From: an uncultured delta proteobacterium
GTDB lineage: Bacteria; Desulfobacterota; Binatia; UBA9968
Assembly (NCBI GenBank): GCA_963840855.1
Contig: CAWJBB010000021.1
Location: 132,602 to 196,601, forward strand
Direction: 5' to 3'
DNA: 64,000 nt
Below the pieces are notes generated by a model. It was not told the origin of the DNA and made no database searches. It was given only the letters and a program-made list of their open reading frames with translations. A program made the translations under genes and the position numbers. This document shows positions 9,295 to 19,516 of the stretch, in pieces; the first letter of the stretch is position 1, and every line of letters starts with the position of its first letter.

Positions 9295-9798
9295 GTGGCA
9301 AACGCGGTCGCTCATCAAGTTTATATCGGCGTCGGCTCCAACGTCGGAGACCGGAAAGAAAATTTTTTCGAGGCCTTGGCGCGTCTCGCCAAACTGCCCG
9401 ACACCCGAATCCTCAAAGAATCTTCGCTCTACGAGAGCGAACCGCTGGGCGATTCGAAAGACTGGTACGTCAACGGCGTCATTGAAATCGAGACAAAATT
9501 CAAGCCCGACATGCTCCTTGACAAGTTCAAGAACATCGAACGGGCCATGGGGCGTAAAAAAGTCAAAAAGCGCTGGGGTGCGCGCATCATCGACTTGGAT
9601 ATCCTGCTCTATGATGCCCAGGTGGTAAAGAAAAAAAAGCTGCGCATTCCTCATCCCGAAATGGCCAATCGCAAATTTGTCCTGGTGCCGCTTAGCGAGA
9701 TCGCGCCGCAGGTGATCCATCCGGTGCTCGGCGTGACGATCTCTGAACTATTAATCAGCGCTAAAGACGAGAAGAAAGTTCACCTCTATCATTCATGA
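9295..9798 (+). CDS. folK: 2-amino-4-hydroxy-6-hydroxymethyldihydropteridine diphosphokinase
   Basis: YIGVGSNVG, SSLYESEP, WGARIIDLDILLY and IPHP..NRKFVLVPL motifs. Confidence 0.96.
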   Translation: MANAVAHQVYIGVGSNVGDRKENFFEALARLAKLPDTRILKESSLYESEPLGDSKDWYVNGVIEIETKFKPDMLLDKFKNIERAMGRKKVKKRWGARIIDLDILLYDAQVVKKKKLRIPHPEMANRKFVLVPLSEIAPQVIHPVLGVTISELLISAKDEKKVHLYHS

Positions 9799-9833
9799 GC
9801 TTTCATCCCGGCTTCAGGCCGTGGAGTTAGAGC

Positions 9834-10073
9834 TTGCTGCTTCGTCTCTTGTTTCTCGTTCTGCTAGTGTTCCTGCTGCTTTTGTTGATCAAAAGTTACC
9901 TGGCGCGGTCGCGCGGTGGGTTGCGCGGTCCGGCGCCCGACGACGGAGAAGAGATGGCGATGGATCCGCAATGCCAGAGTTACGTGCCAAAGCGAGAGGC
10001 GTTTGCAGCCGGCGGCAATTATTTTTGCAGCCGTGAATGCGCCGAGCGTTTCTTAGCCGACCAACGCAAATAG
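9834..10073 (+). CDS. Small membrane-anchored YHS/TRASH-type metal-binding protein
   Basis: N-terminal TM helix; DPQCQSYVP...YFCSRECAERF. Confidence 0.75.
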   Translation: MLLRLLFLVLLVFLLLLLIKSYLARSRGGLRGPAPDDGEEMAMDPQCQSYVPKREAFAAGGNYFCSRECAERFLADQRK

Positions 10074-10128
10074 CTCACGCGCTGAGAACAAGCGACAACG
10101 CACGGTCAACTAAGCCGCGATCTATCAG

Positions 10129-10191
10129 GTTCAGAGTTCACAGTCCCGGAATTGCCCCGAAATCTTGAATCCGAATCTTTGAACTTTGAAC
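10129..10191. repeat. Degenerate inverted heptamer array
   Basis: GTTCAGA GTTCACA ... CTTGAAT CCGAAT CTTTGAAC TTTGAAC between convergent genes. Confidence 0.65.
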
Positions 10192-10214
10192 AGCGTTCGC
10201 GGCGATCGACCTCG

Positions 10215-11642
10215 TCAGATGTGAACAGTCTCATCTAACGCCCGCAATATCTTATCGTGAACGCCGTCAAAGGCGCCGTTGGACATGACGAGAACCACGT
10301 CGCCTGCCGCGCCGTGAGCAGAAAGGTAGGCGGCGATCTCCTGGGAATTGGCGATCATCACGGCGCGCGCGTCGGCGCAAATGCGATTGATCTCCGCAAC
10401 CACGTTAGCCACCGACAAGCGGTCGGCGGCGGGAACTTTTTCGGGCTGGTAGAGATCGGAGACAATCACACGGTCCGCCCGCGCCAGGGAGCAGGCAAAC
10501 TCCATCTCGAAAATGTTTCGTCTGCTGGTGTTGCTGCGCGGCTCGAAGAGCGCCCATAGCCTGCGGTTTGGATAAGCCGAGCGCACCGCGTTGATGGTTT
10601 CCATCACAGCCGTCGGGTGGTGCGCGAAATCGTCGATTACGACGATACCGCGCCGTTCGCCCTTGATTTCCTGGCGCCGTTTGACGCCCCGAAAAGTGGC
10701 GAAGCCTTCGAGCAGGTTGCCGCGCGCGATGCCTAGAACCCGGCCCATGGCGTAAACCGCCAAGGCGTTCTGAACGTTGTGCCGGCCAACGACACCGGCC
10801 TCCACCTCTCCCTCGCGCTTGCCGCGATACGCCGGGGTGAAAAAACTCCTGGCGTTTTCAAATCGGACATCGGCGGCTTGCCAATCTCCTGCGACGCCGT
10901 AGCTTGTCACCGGACAACGCGCACTCCGGGCTACCTCCTTCGCCGCCGGAAAATCGCCACATGTAACCAGGTTTCCATCCGCCGGGATCAATTCCATCAG
11001 GCGGCGAAAGGCGTCTTTGACATGTTCCAGATCGTGATAGATATCCGCGTGATCGAATTCAACGCTGGTCAATATCACATGGCGCGGACGGTAGTGTAGA
11101 AACTTCGGTCCCTTGTCGAAAAACGCGCTGTCATACTCATCGCCTTCTAGAACGACATAATCGCCCGTGCCCGGATGCCAACCGCTGCCGAAATTGAGCG
11201 GCACACCGCCGACGAAAAATCCTGGCGCCAAATCCGCGCAGGTCAAAACCCATGCGGCAAGCGCCGTGGTGGTGGTTTTCCCGTGGGTACCGGTGACCAC
11301 CAGCGATTGGCGCGTGCCGATGAGAAACTGTCCCAGCGCTTGCGGAAAAGAGCTGTAGGGAATGCTGTTCTCGAGCACATGCTCCGCTTCCGGGTTGCCA
11401 CGGGAGACGGCATTTCCGATGATGACAAAATCCGGTGGTGGGAATAGATGCTCGGCACGAAAGCCCGCCAAGACCTCGATGCCGATCTCCGCGAGATAGG
11501 TACTCATGGGCGGGTAGACGTGCTGGTCGGAGCCGGTGACGCGGTATCCCCGCGCTTGCAGCAAGCCCGCCAAGGAGGCCATGCCTACGCCGCAAACCGC
11601 AATGATGTGGATATGGCAGCCGGGGGCCGGGATGTGGTTCAC
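10215..11642 (-). CDS. mpl: Murein peptide ligase Mpl
   Basis: CGVGMASLA, VYPPMS, GTHGKTTTT, EGDEYDSAFFDK, DDFAHHPTA, FEPRSNT and MSNGAF motifs. Confidence 0.95.
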   Translation of the reverse strand: MNHIPAPGCHIHIIAVCGVGMASLAGLLQARGYRVTGSDQHVYPPMSTYLAEIGIEVLAGFRAEHLFPPPDFVIIGNAVSRGNPEAEHVLENSIPYSSFPQALGQFLIGTRQSLVVTGTHGKTTTTALAAWVLTCADLAPGFFVGGVPLNFGSGWHPGTGDYVVLEGDEYDSAFFDKGPKFLHYRPRHVILTSVEFDHADIYHDLEHVKDAFRRLMELIPADGNLVTCGDFPAAKEVARSARCPVTSYGVAGDWQAADVRFENARSFFTPAYRGKREGEVEAGVVGRHNVQNALAVYAMGRVLGIARGNLLEGFATFRGVKRRQEIKGERRGIVVIDDFAHHPTAVMETINAVRSAYPNRRLWALFEPRSNTSRRNIFEMEFACSLARADRVIVSDLYQPEKVPAADRLSVANVVAEINRICADARAVMIANSQEIAAYLSAHGAAGDVVLVMSNGAFDGVHDKILRALDETVHI

Positions 11643-12784
11643 GAAATCATCGCTTTCATAATAAGATCGTGGACATACGGCCGGAAGTCGCGAATTTTTT
11701 CATTCTTGCGGCTTGGGTGCACACGATTGGTCAACAATACAATATAGCAATTTTTCTCCAAATCCCACCAGATCGAAGTTCCGGTGAAGCCCAGATGGCC
11801 CACCGTGCGCGGCGAAAACAAACTGCCGCTGGCCGACCTGCCAGGCGACGGCGTATCCCAACCCATTGCGAAAGTGGAGTTCTCCACGGACTCATCTTTG
11901 GTGAAAAATTGCTCGACAATGGAACGCCGCAGAAAACTATCCTCGCCACGGAGACAACGGCTGAGACAAGCGAGCAAGCGATGCACATCCTGCGCCGACG
12001 CGAAAAGGCCAGCGTGCCCGGCCACGCCGCCCATCGCGTAGGCGTTGTCATCATGGACTTCGCCGCAGAGAATTTTTCTGCGCCAGGGGCATTGTTCGGT
12101 GGGCGCGATCAACTCCGTAACCGCCTCCACACGGCGCGTTCTAAGCTGCGTAAGATCGACGAAACCCGTAGAGCGCAAGCCCAGCGGCTTATAAATCCGC
12201 TCCAGACAAAACCGGTCCAAAGACTTCCCCGTTACCGCCTCCACCAACTCCCCTAACACGATGAAACCCAGATCGCTGTAGAGGCAATGTGTTCCCGGCG
12301 GCTGCAACGGTTTTTCCCGGTGCACTAGTTCCGTGACATAACTCTTGGCGCCGCGGCTTGCGACAAAATGAATCTTGCCTGCTTTTTCACCCTTGATGAC
12401 CTCCTGGTAATAAGGCTTCCACGCCGGCAAGCCGGAGGTATGCGTCAACAGTTGCCGAACGGTCGTGAGATGTTTTCCGAAAACAGCGAAAGTTGGCAGG
12501 AAACGATTGACGCGATCGTCGATCCGAATTTTTCCCTCGCACGCGAGCAGCATCATCGCCAGCGTCGTCGCCAGCGGCTTGGTCAAGGACGCGAGATCAA
12601 ACACGGTACTCGGCTGAAGCGTGGTTTTCTCGGGAAACAGAGAGCGAAAGCCGAAAGCTTGCTCGAATATCACCCGTTCATTCTTCGCCGCCAACACCAC
12701 GGCGCCGGGAAAAATTCCCTGATCAACGGCTTCGCGAAGCGCAGTTTCAACTTGACTAAAATCCATAAATTTAAGCTGGTCCAA
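11639..12784 (-). CDS. Serine hydrolase, beta-lactamase/AmiE-like family
   Basis: FDLASLTK (SxxK), LLTHTSG, YSDLGF, GEVHDDNA, GHAGLF and GHLGFTGT motifs. Confidence 0.9.
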   Translation of the reverse strand: MDQLKFMDFSQVETALREAVDQGIFPGAVVLAAKNERVIFEQAFGFRSLFPEKTTLQPSTVFDLASLTKPLATTLAMMLLACEGKIRIDDRVNRFLPTFAVFGKHLTTVRQLLTHTSGLPAWKPYYQEVIKGEKAGKIHFVASRGAKSYVTELVHREKPLQPPGTHCLYSDLGFIVLGELVEAVTGKSLDRFCLERIYKPLGLRSTGFVDLTQLRTRRVEAVTELIAPTEQCPWRRKILCGEVHDDNAYAMGGVAGHAGLFASAQDVHRLLACLSRCLRGEDSFLRRSIVEQFFTKDESVENSTFAMGWDTPSPGRSASGSLFSPRTVGHLGFTGTSIWWDLEKNCYIVLLTNRVHPSRKNEKIRDFRPYVHDLIMKAMIS

Positions 12785-12903
12785 TCGCCGTCACGCTCAA
12801 CCGATCTTGGCGGCGGCGCGTCGTCATCGCTAAACGCGATCAAGGGCTGGCATGCGAAGTCCAGCGCGCAACATGAATTGCGGGAGACGTACTAAGCAAC
12901 TCG

Positions 12904-13827
12904 TCAGCGCACGGGCGATTCAAGCAGCGATAACGTGCCCGCATCGCCGTCGAGCAACATCGTAACGCCCAAGGGGAGCGCGAGATTTTCCGCGCCGTGC
13001 CCGGCAGCCATCCCCATGACTACGGGGAAAGGCGCGTCGTGAAACATTTCGGCAATCACCGTCTCGACGTCGCGCGGCCCGTCCCCATCGCACTGGGTAA
13101 AATCACCAAGGACCAAGCCCGCGAGCCCATCGAACTTACCCGCCAACTTGAGATGGATCAACATGCGCTCGATGCGGTAGGGCTTCTCGCCGACATCTTC
13201 GAGGAATAAAATTTTTCCTCGGGTGTCGATTTCGTAGGGCGTTCCGAGTGTGGTCACGAGCAGCGACAGGCAGCCTCCCAGCATGGGCGCCGCGCATTTG
13301 CCTGAGCGTATGGCCTCGCTCAATTGAACGCTCCAGGTTTTTTTCTCGCCGGTCAAAATCTCCCAAAAATGTTCCTTTGCTGGGTCGCTCAATCCACGCG
13401 CCAAATCCATAGCTACCATCGGCGCGTGAAAAGTTACGAGGCCGAAACCCTGCAAAAACCAATTGAGGAGAATAGTAATATCGCTGTAGCCGCAGAATAT
13501 CTTTGGATGGCGCCGGATTTCGGCGTCGAGGAAGGGCAGCAATTGCACCGAGCCGAAGCCGCCGCGCGCGCAAAAGATCGCGTCGATATCGTCACGCAGG
13601 AAAAAGGCCGAAAGGTCTTGTGCTCTGATTTCTCCAGAGCCCGCGAGATAGCCCTTGCGCTCGTGGATCCCCGGCGCCAGTTCGACTTCAAAACACTGTT
13701 CACGAATGGCCGCGAGGCCTGCCGCCAGATCTTCGCTTTCGACACAACCCGCAGGCGCTACTACGCCGATGCGCCCGCCGCGCCGCAGCGGCGCCGGTTT
13801 ATGAACGCGCGCCAGTTTTTTCAGCAA
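12904..13827 (-). CDS. ldcA: LD-carboxypeptidase (peptidase S66)
   Basis: ARGGFG, GYSDIT, LFLEDVGEKPYRIERML and AGHG motifs. Start uncertain (track starts 13890). Confidence 0.92.
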   Translation of the reverse strand: MLKKLARVHKPAPLRRGGRIGVVAPAGCVESEDLAAGLAAIREQCFEVELAPGIHERKGYLAGSGEIRAQDLSAFFLRDDIDAIFCARGGFGSVQLLPFLDAEIRRHPKIFCGYSDITILLNWFLQGFGLVTFHAPMVAMDLARGLSDPAKEHFWEILTGEKKTWSVQLSEAIRSGKCAAPMLGGCLSLLVTTLGTPYEIDTRGKILFLEDVGEKPYRIERMLIHLKLAGKFDGLAGLVLGDFTQCDGDGPRDVETVIAEMFHDAPFPVVMGMAAGHGAENLALPLGVTMLLDGDAGTLSLLESPVR

Positions 13828-13864
13828 CCCCTCCTTGCGATTCACCGGAGAACTACAATGCTCC

Positions 13865-14099
13865 TGTGGATAAATTAGTTCCTGAATCACCCTCGACTGT
13901 CACGGGAAAAATAATTCTCGCAAAAATGTCGTGAATCTACAAGCAGTTGATCCCGACTATCACGCTCAGCAGTTTCCCCTGACCAGGAAACGCTTTGGTT
14001 GACTTCGCCCGATGGGCTGGTTAAAAAGCGGAAGGTATCAACAACTTGCGGCCGGCGTGTGCACCCATTGTACGGAGCTTATCCACAAATTTATCCACA
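13865..14099. promoter_or_regulatory. Cluster of DnaA boxes
   Basis: TGTGGATAA 13865-13873; TTATCCACA at 14079-14087 and 14091-14099; degenerate GTATCAACA 14035-14043; A/T-rich patch ~13906-13928. Confidence 0.65.
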
Positions 14100-14103
14100 A
14101 GCA

Positions 14104-14379
14104 ATGAAAATCAAACCGGAACAACTGGATCGGCTGTCGGCTTTGCTCCTTAAACGCTATTGCGACAAGGAACTGATAGACAGTAAGGTGGCCGACGCCA
14201 ACGTCAAAACGAAGATCGCCGCGGTTATTCGCGACAACTTCGCGGAAGAAGAAGCCATCGAAGGGGAAGTGCGCCAAATGCTGGCTGCCCACGCGGGCGC
14301 CACGCGGGACATGGACCCATATAAGATGTTTCTCATTGCCAAGCAGAAGCTTGCCGCCAAGAAGGGATTTATCCTGTGA
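14104..14379 (+). CDS. DUF507-like protein (first of a pair)
   Basis: MKIKPEQ...EEEAIEGEVRQML...KMFLIAKQKLAAKKGFIL; recognised by family pattern. Confidence 0.7.
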   Translation: MKIKPEQLDRLSALLLKRYCDKELIDSKVADANVKTKIAAVIRDNFAEEEAIEGEVRQMLAAHAGATRDMDPYKMFLIAKQKLAAKKGFIL

Positions 14380-14651
14380 GCCGCCTGTCGGAAAACCGTA
14401 TTTCGCACCTGGCGCATCTCATCATGGACGGCCTGCGGAAGGACAAGCTGGCCGACTTCCCCAATGAAGGCCGGACCCTTGCGGAGACCAAGCAGGTGCT
14501 CAATGAATTCTTTCAGCGCGAGGATCAGCTCGAAGACAGCGTGCGGCAGAAAATTCAATCCCTCTCGCGCCATGTTCCACCCGGCAGCCGGGAGTGGGAT
14601 ATCCTGTTTCGAAAGTACTACGAGGAGGAAATGCGCAAGCAAAGGAAGTAA
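14376..14651 (+). CDS. DUF507-like protein (second of a pair)
   Basis: RLSENRISHLAH...VRQKIQSLSRHVPPGSREWDILFRKYYEEE; GTGA overlap with the previous gene. Confidence 0.75.
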   Translation: MSRLSENRISHLAHLIMDGLRKDKLADFPNEGRTLAETKQVLNEFFQREDQLEDSVRQKIQSLSRHVPPGSREWDILFRKYYEEEMRKQRK

Positions 14652-14717
14652 ACGGTCCGCGGCACTTTGGCCGGGTTCTGGCTTGGACACAATTTTGCCA
14701 TGCTATTTGATAAAACC

Positions 14718-14745
14718 TTGACAGCAGGCCATTTATGCTTAGATT
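14718..14745 (+). promoter_or_regulatory. Putative sigma70 promoter of groESL
   Basis: TTGACA-16 nt-TAGATT. Confidence 0.5.
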
Positions 14746-14848
14746 AACCGCGCTTTGTTCTCGCGCGTCCCTGCGCGGCGCACATTTCGTGAGCAGTTTG
14801 TAATAATATCAATTAGTTGGAACCAAAATTCTAAAAAGGAGGCGAGAA

Positions 14849-15139
14849 GTGAAAATTAGGCCTTTACAAGACCGGGTCATTTTAAAAAGGATCGAAGAAG
14901 AGGAAAAAAGCAAGGGTGGAATCATCATTCCCGACACGGCCAAGGAGAAGCCACAGGAAGGAAAGGTGATCGCCGTCGGCAAAGGTAAGGCAAACGAAGA
15001 CGGAAAAATAACCCCTCTTGACGTCAAGGTGAACGACCGCGTGTTGTTCGGCAAATACGCCGGCAGCGAAATCTTCATCGACGGTGAAGAGCACCTGATC
15101 ATGCGCGAGGAAGACATCCTCGGTGTCATTGAAAAGTAA
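14849..15139 (+). CDS. groES: Co-chaperonin GroES
   Basis: [24 protein letters not shown] and KYAGSEI motifs. Confidence 0.99.
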   Translation: MKIRPLQDRVILKRIEEEEKSKGGIIIPDTAKEKPQEGKVIAVGKGKANEDGKITPLDVKVNDRVLFGKYAGSEIFIDGEEHLIMREEDILGVIEK

Positions 15140-16837
<1,698 letters not shown>

Positions 16838-16856
16838 GCATCGCTATCGCCGTTAG

Positions 16857-16902
16857 AGCCCGTTATGCCCAAGTATTTGGTGCATAACGGGCTTTTCTTT
16901 TT
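16857..16902 (+). terminator. Intrinsic terminator after groEL
   Basis: AGCCCGTTATGC...GCATAACGGGCT stem followed by TTTCTTTTT. Confidence 0.88.
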
Positions 16903-16910
16903 CCTGCGGC

Positions 16911-16939
16911 TTGACACAAGGAATTTTTCATACTAGGCT
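16911..16939 (+). promoter_or_regulatory. Putative sigma70 promoter of the ffh operon
   Basis: TTGACA-17 nt-TAGGCT. Confidence 0.55.
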
Positions 16940-16985
16940 TTCGATATAATTTCCTAGCAAATATCACAACTTATGACTCTCGTTC

Positions 16986-18326
16986 ATGTTTGAATCGTTA
17001 ACCGAGAAACTCGAGCTGACCTTCAAAAAACTCCGGGGTCAGGGAAAAATCAGCGAGCAAAACATCGACGATGCCTTGCGCGATGTCCGTCTTGCGCTGT
17101 TGGAAGCCGATGTTCATGTCAACGTCGTCAAAAAGTTCCTCGACTCGGTAAAAGCTAAATCTCTCGGGCAAGATGTACTCCTCAGCCTGACGCCGGAACA
17201 GCAGTTTTTGAAAATCGTCCGGGATGAATTGGTTGCGCTACTAGGCGGCACTTACCAAGAGCTCGACCTCAAAGCCGCCCCACCCGTCGTGATTATGCTG
17301 GTAGGACTGCAAGGGTCCGGTAAGACCACCACGCTCGCCAAGCTCGCCCGGCATTTGAAGAAAGATAAAAAACGCAGTCCCTATCTGGTCCCCGCCGATG
17401 TCTATCGGCCCGCCGCCATCGAGCAGCTTAAGATTTTGGGCGGCGAACTGGGTCTTCCCGTTTACGACTCTGATCCTAAAATTTCACCCGTAGTGCTCTG
17501 CCGGCAAGCGCTGGACGAAGCCAAAAAGCGTTTTGCCGATGTTCTCCTCATCGACACCGCGGGCCGCTTGCATATCGACGAAGAGCTGATGCAAGAGCTA
17601 GCCGGCATCAAAGACGCGGTTCGGCCGCATCAAATCTTATTCGTAGCCGACGCCATGACTGGACAGGACGCCGTTAATCAGGCCATGGGCTTCGATGGCA
17701 AACTTGGCCTTAGCGGAGTGATTCTTACCAAGCTGGACGGCGACGCTCGCGGCGGCGCTGCTCTTTCCATCCGCGAAATGGTGGGCAAACCGATTCTTTT
17801 TTCTGGCGTGGGCGAAAAGCTTGAGGCGTTGGAGCCGTTTTACCCCGACCGCTTGGCATCGAGAATTCTTGGCATGGGCGACGTGCTCTCGTTGATCGAT
17901 AAAGTGCAGCAAAACGTCGAAGAAAAGGAAGCCGCCCGTTTACAAAAGGCCTTTCAAAAACAACAGTTCACCCTGGAGGAGTTCCAATTGCAGTTGCAGC
18001 AGATCAAACGCATGGGCTCCATGAGTAGCCTCCTCGAAATGATTCCGGGAGGAAAGAAGCTCGCATCCCAGGTAGACGCGCAACAAGCGGAAACCGAAAT
18101 CAAACGGGTGGAGGCGATCATCAACTCGATGACCCTTCAGGAGCGGCGCAATCCGGCGATCTTGAACGGCAACCGCCGCCGCCGCATCGCCGACGGCAGC
18201 GGCACCACCGTCACGGATGTCAACCGGTTGATGAAACAGTTCATGGAAATGAAGAAAATGATGCAAAGGGTAAGCAAGGTGGGAGTGCGATCACTGTTCA
18301 GCCGCATGCCGAATCCTTTTCAGTAA
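16986..18326 (+). CDS. ffh: Signal recognition particle protein Ffh
   Basis: GLQGSGKTTT, DTAGR and TKLDGDARGGAALS motifs; Met-rich M domain. Confidence 0.99.
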   Translation: MFESLTEKLELTFKKLRGQGKISEQNIDDALRDVRLALLEADVHVNVVKKFLDSVKAKSLGQDVLLSLTPEQQFLKIVRDELVALLGGTYQELDLKAAPPVVIMLVGLQGSGKTTTLAKLARHLKKDKKRSPYLVPADVYRPAAIEQLKILGGELGLPVYDSDPKISPVVLCRQALDEAKKRFADVLLIDTAGRLHIDEELMQELAGIKDAVRPHQILFVADAMTGQDAVNQAMGFDGKLGLSGVILTKLDGDARGGAALSIREMVGKPILFSGVGEKLEALEPFYPDRLASRILGMGDVLSLIDKVQQNVEEKEAARLQKAFQKQQFTLEEFQLQLQQIKRMGSMSSLLEMIPGGKKLASQVDAQQAETEIKRVEAIINSMTLQERRNPAILNGNRRRRIADGSGTTVTDVNRLMKQFMEMKKMMQRVSKVGVRSLFSRMPNPFQ

Positions 18327-18341
18327 ATAAGGAAAAACAGA

Positions 18342-18587
18342 ATGAGTGTAACAATTCGTTTAAGCAGACATGGTGCCAAGAAAAGGCCCTTCTATCGCAT
18401 CGTCGTAAGCGACCGGCGCTTTCCCCGCGATGGCCGCTACATCGAGCAGGTGGGGACCTACGATCCCAGCGCCGCCAGCGGCGGGGTTAAGCTCAATCGC
18501 GAAAAAATCGACAGCTGGATCAAGAACGGCGCACAGCCAAGCCAGACCGTCTCCGAGCTGATCAAGAAAGAGAAGAAAGCCAGCTAG
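18342..18587 (+). CDS. rpsP: 30S ribosomal protein S16
   Basis: [18 protein letters not shown]...RDGRYIE. Confidence 0.99.
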   Translation: MSVTIRLSRHGAKKRPFYRIVVSDRRFPRDGRYIEQVGTYDPSAASGGVKLNREKIDSWIKNGAQPSQTVSELIKKEKKAS

Positions 18588-18614
18588 ATATTCCGAAAGG
18601 AGGCCATCTCCTTC

Positions 18615-18851
18615 ATGAGAGATTTAGTCCAATATCTGGCGAAGTCCCTGGTCAGCAAGCCGGACGCGGTCGAGGTCAAGGAGACCGAAGGAGACACGGC
18701 GTCTATCGTGGAGTTGAAAGTGGCCAAGGAAGACCTCGGACGAATCATCGGCAAGCAAGGCCGAACGGCGAAATCAATTCGTACGATCCTGAATGCCGCG
18801 GCTTCGAGAACCAATCGTAAGGTCGTTCTCGAAATCGTTGAAGAAAGTTAA
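18615..18851 (+). CDS. khpA: KH-domain RNA-binding protein KhpA
   Basis: DLGRIIGKQGRTAKSIRT; conserved position between rpsP and rimM. Confidence 0.95.
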   Translation: MRDLVQYLAKSLVSKPDAVEVKETEGDTASIVELKVAKEDLGRIIGKQGRTAKSIRTILNAAASRTNRKVVLEIVEES

Positions 18852-18873
18852 GCGTTTTTCTCCTACCAAACCC

Positions 18874-19386
18874 GTGTCTGAGCGACTGGTTCCCTTTGGG
18901 GAAATCGTCACGACCCACGGTCTTGAAGGGTGGTTAAAACTAAACCCCTTCAACCCGGAAACCACCGCGTTCGATTCAATCCGGGAAGTTTACCTCGTGC
19001 ACGATGGCGCACGGTTGTCGCACCGGCTTGAGGCATACCGGCCCCACAACCGCCAGATTCTCGTCAAGCTTCATAGCGTCGATTGTATCGATGCGGCTAA
19101 ACTTTTGGTTGGCGCAACGCTTTGTGTGGCCGAAGATTCTCTGCCTGCTTTAAAGCCTGGCCAGTATTATCACTTTCAGGCTATCGGTCTCGAAGTCTTC
19201 GACGTGCGGGGAAATCGGCTCGGAACGGTCACCGGGACCTGGTCCGCTGGAGGCGGAGAAATCTACGTCGTCGCCGGGGGCGGCAAGGAATACCTGATCC
19301 CGGCGGTTAAAGAGATCGTCGAGAGTATCGACTTCGATGCCGGGATAATGCTAATTAACCCGCCGGAAGGGCTATTGAACCTTTAA
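18874..19386 (+). CDS. rimM: Ribosome maturation factor RimM
   Basis: GEIVTTHGLEGWLKL, LPALKPGQYY..QAIGLEV and EYLIPAV motifs; GTG start at 18874. Confidence 0.94.
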   Translation: MSERLVPFGEIVTTHGLEGWLKLNPFNPETTAFDSIREVYLVHDGARLSHRLEAYRPHNRQILVKLHSVDCIDAAKLLVGATLCVAEDSLPALKPGQYYHFQAIGLEVFDVRGNRLGTVTGTWSAGGGEIYVVAGGGKEYLIPAVKEIVESIDFDAGIMLINPPEGLLNL

Positions 19387-19401
19387 CCAACAACAGTTGG
19401 A

Positions 19402-19511
19402 GTTCAAGGTTCAAAAGTTCAACGTTCAACGTCCCCTCCCCACTTTGAACCTTGAACATTGAACTTTGAACCGCGCGCCAGAGGCGCGTTACGTTGAACC
19501 TTGAACTTTGA
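19402..19511. repeat. Inverted heptamer array inside the rimM-trmD junction
   Basis: GTTCAAn x4 (19402-19430), CCCCTCCCC spacer, nTTGAAC x4 (19444-19471), GC hairpin CGCGCC-AGA-GGCGCG, then further TTGAAC units. Confidence 0.9.
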
Positions 19512-19516
19512 CAGTC

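Noticed and set aside
11639-12784. Beta-lactam resistance gene
   Set aside because: No signal peptide, and it is embedded between ldcA and mpl; a recycling hydrolase is more plausible
14652-14848. CIRCE/HrcA operator upstream of groES
   Set aside because: No TTAGCACTC-N9-GAGTGCTAA match found
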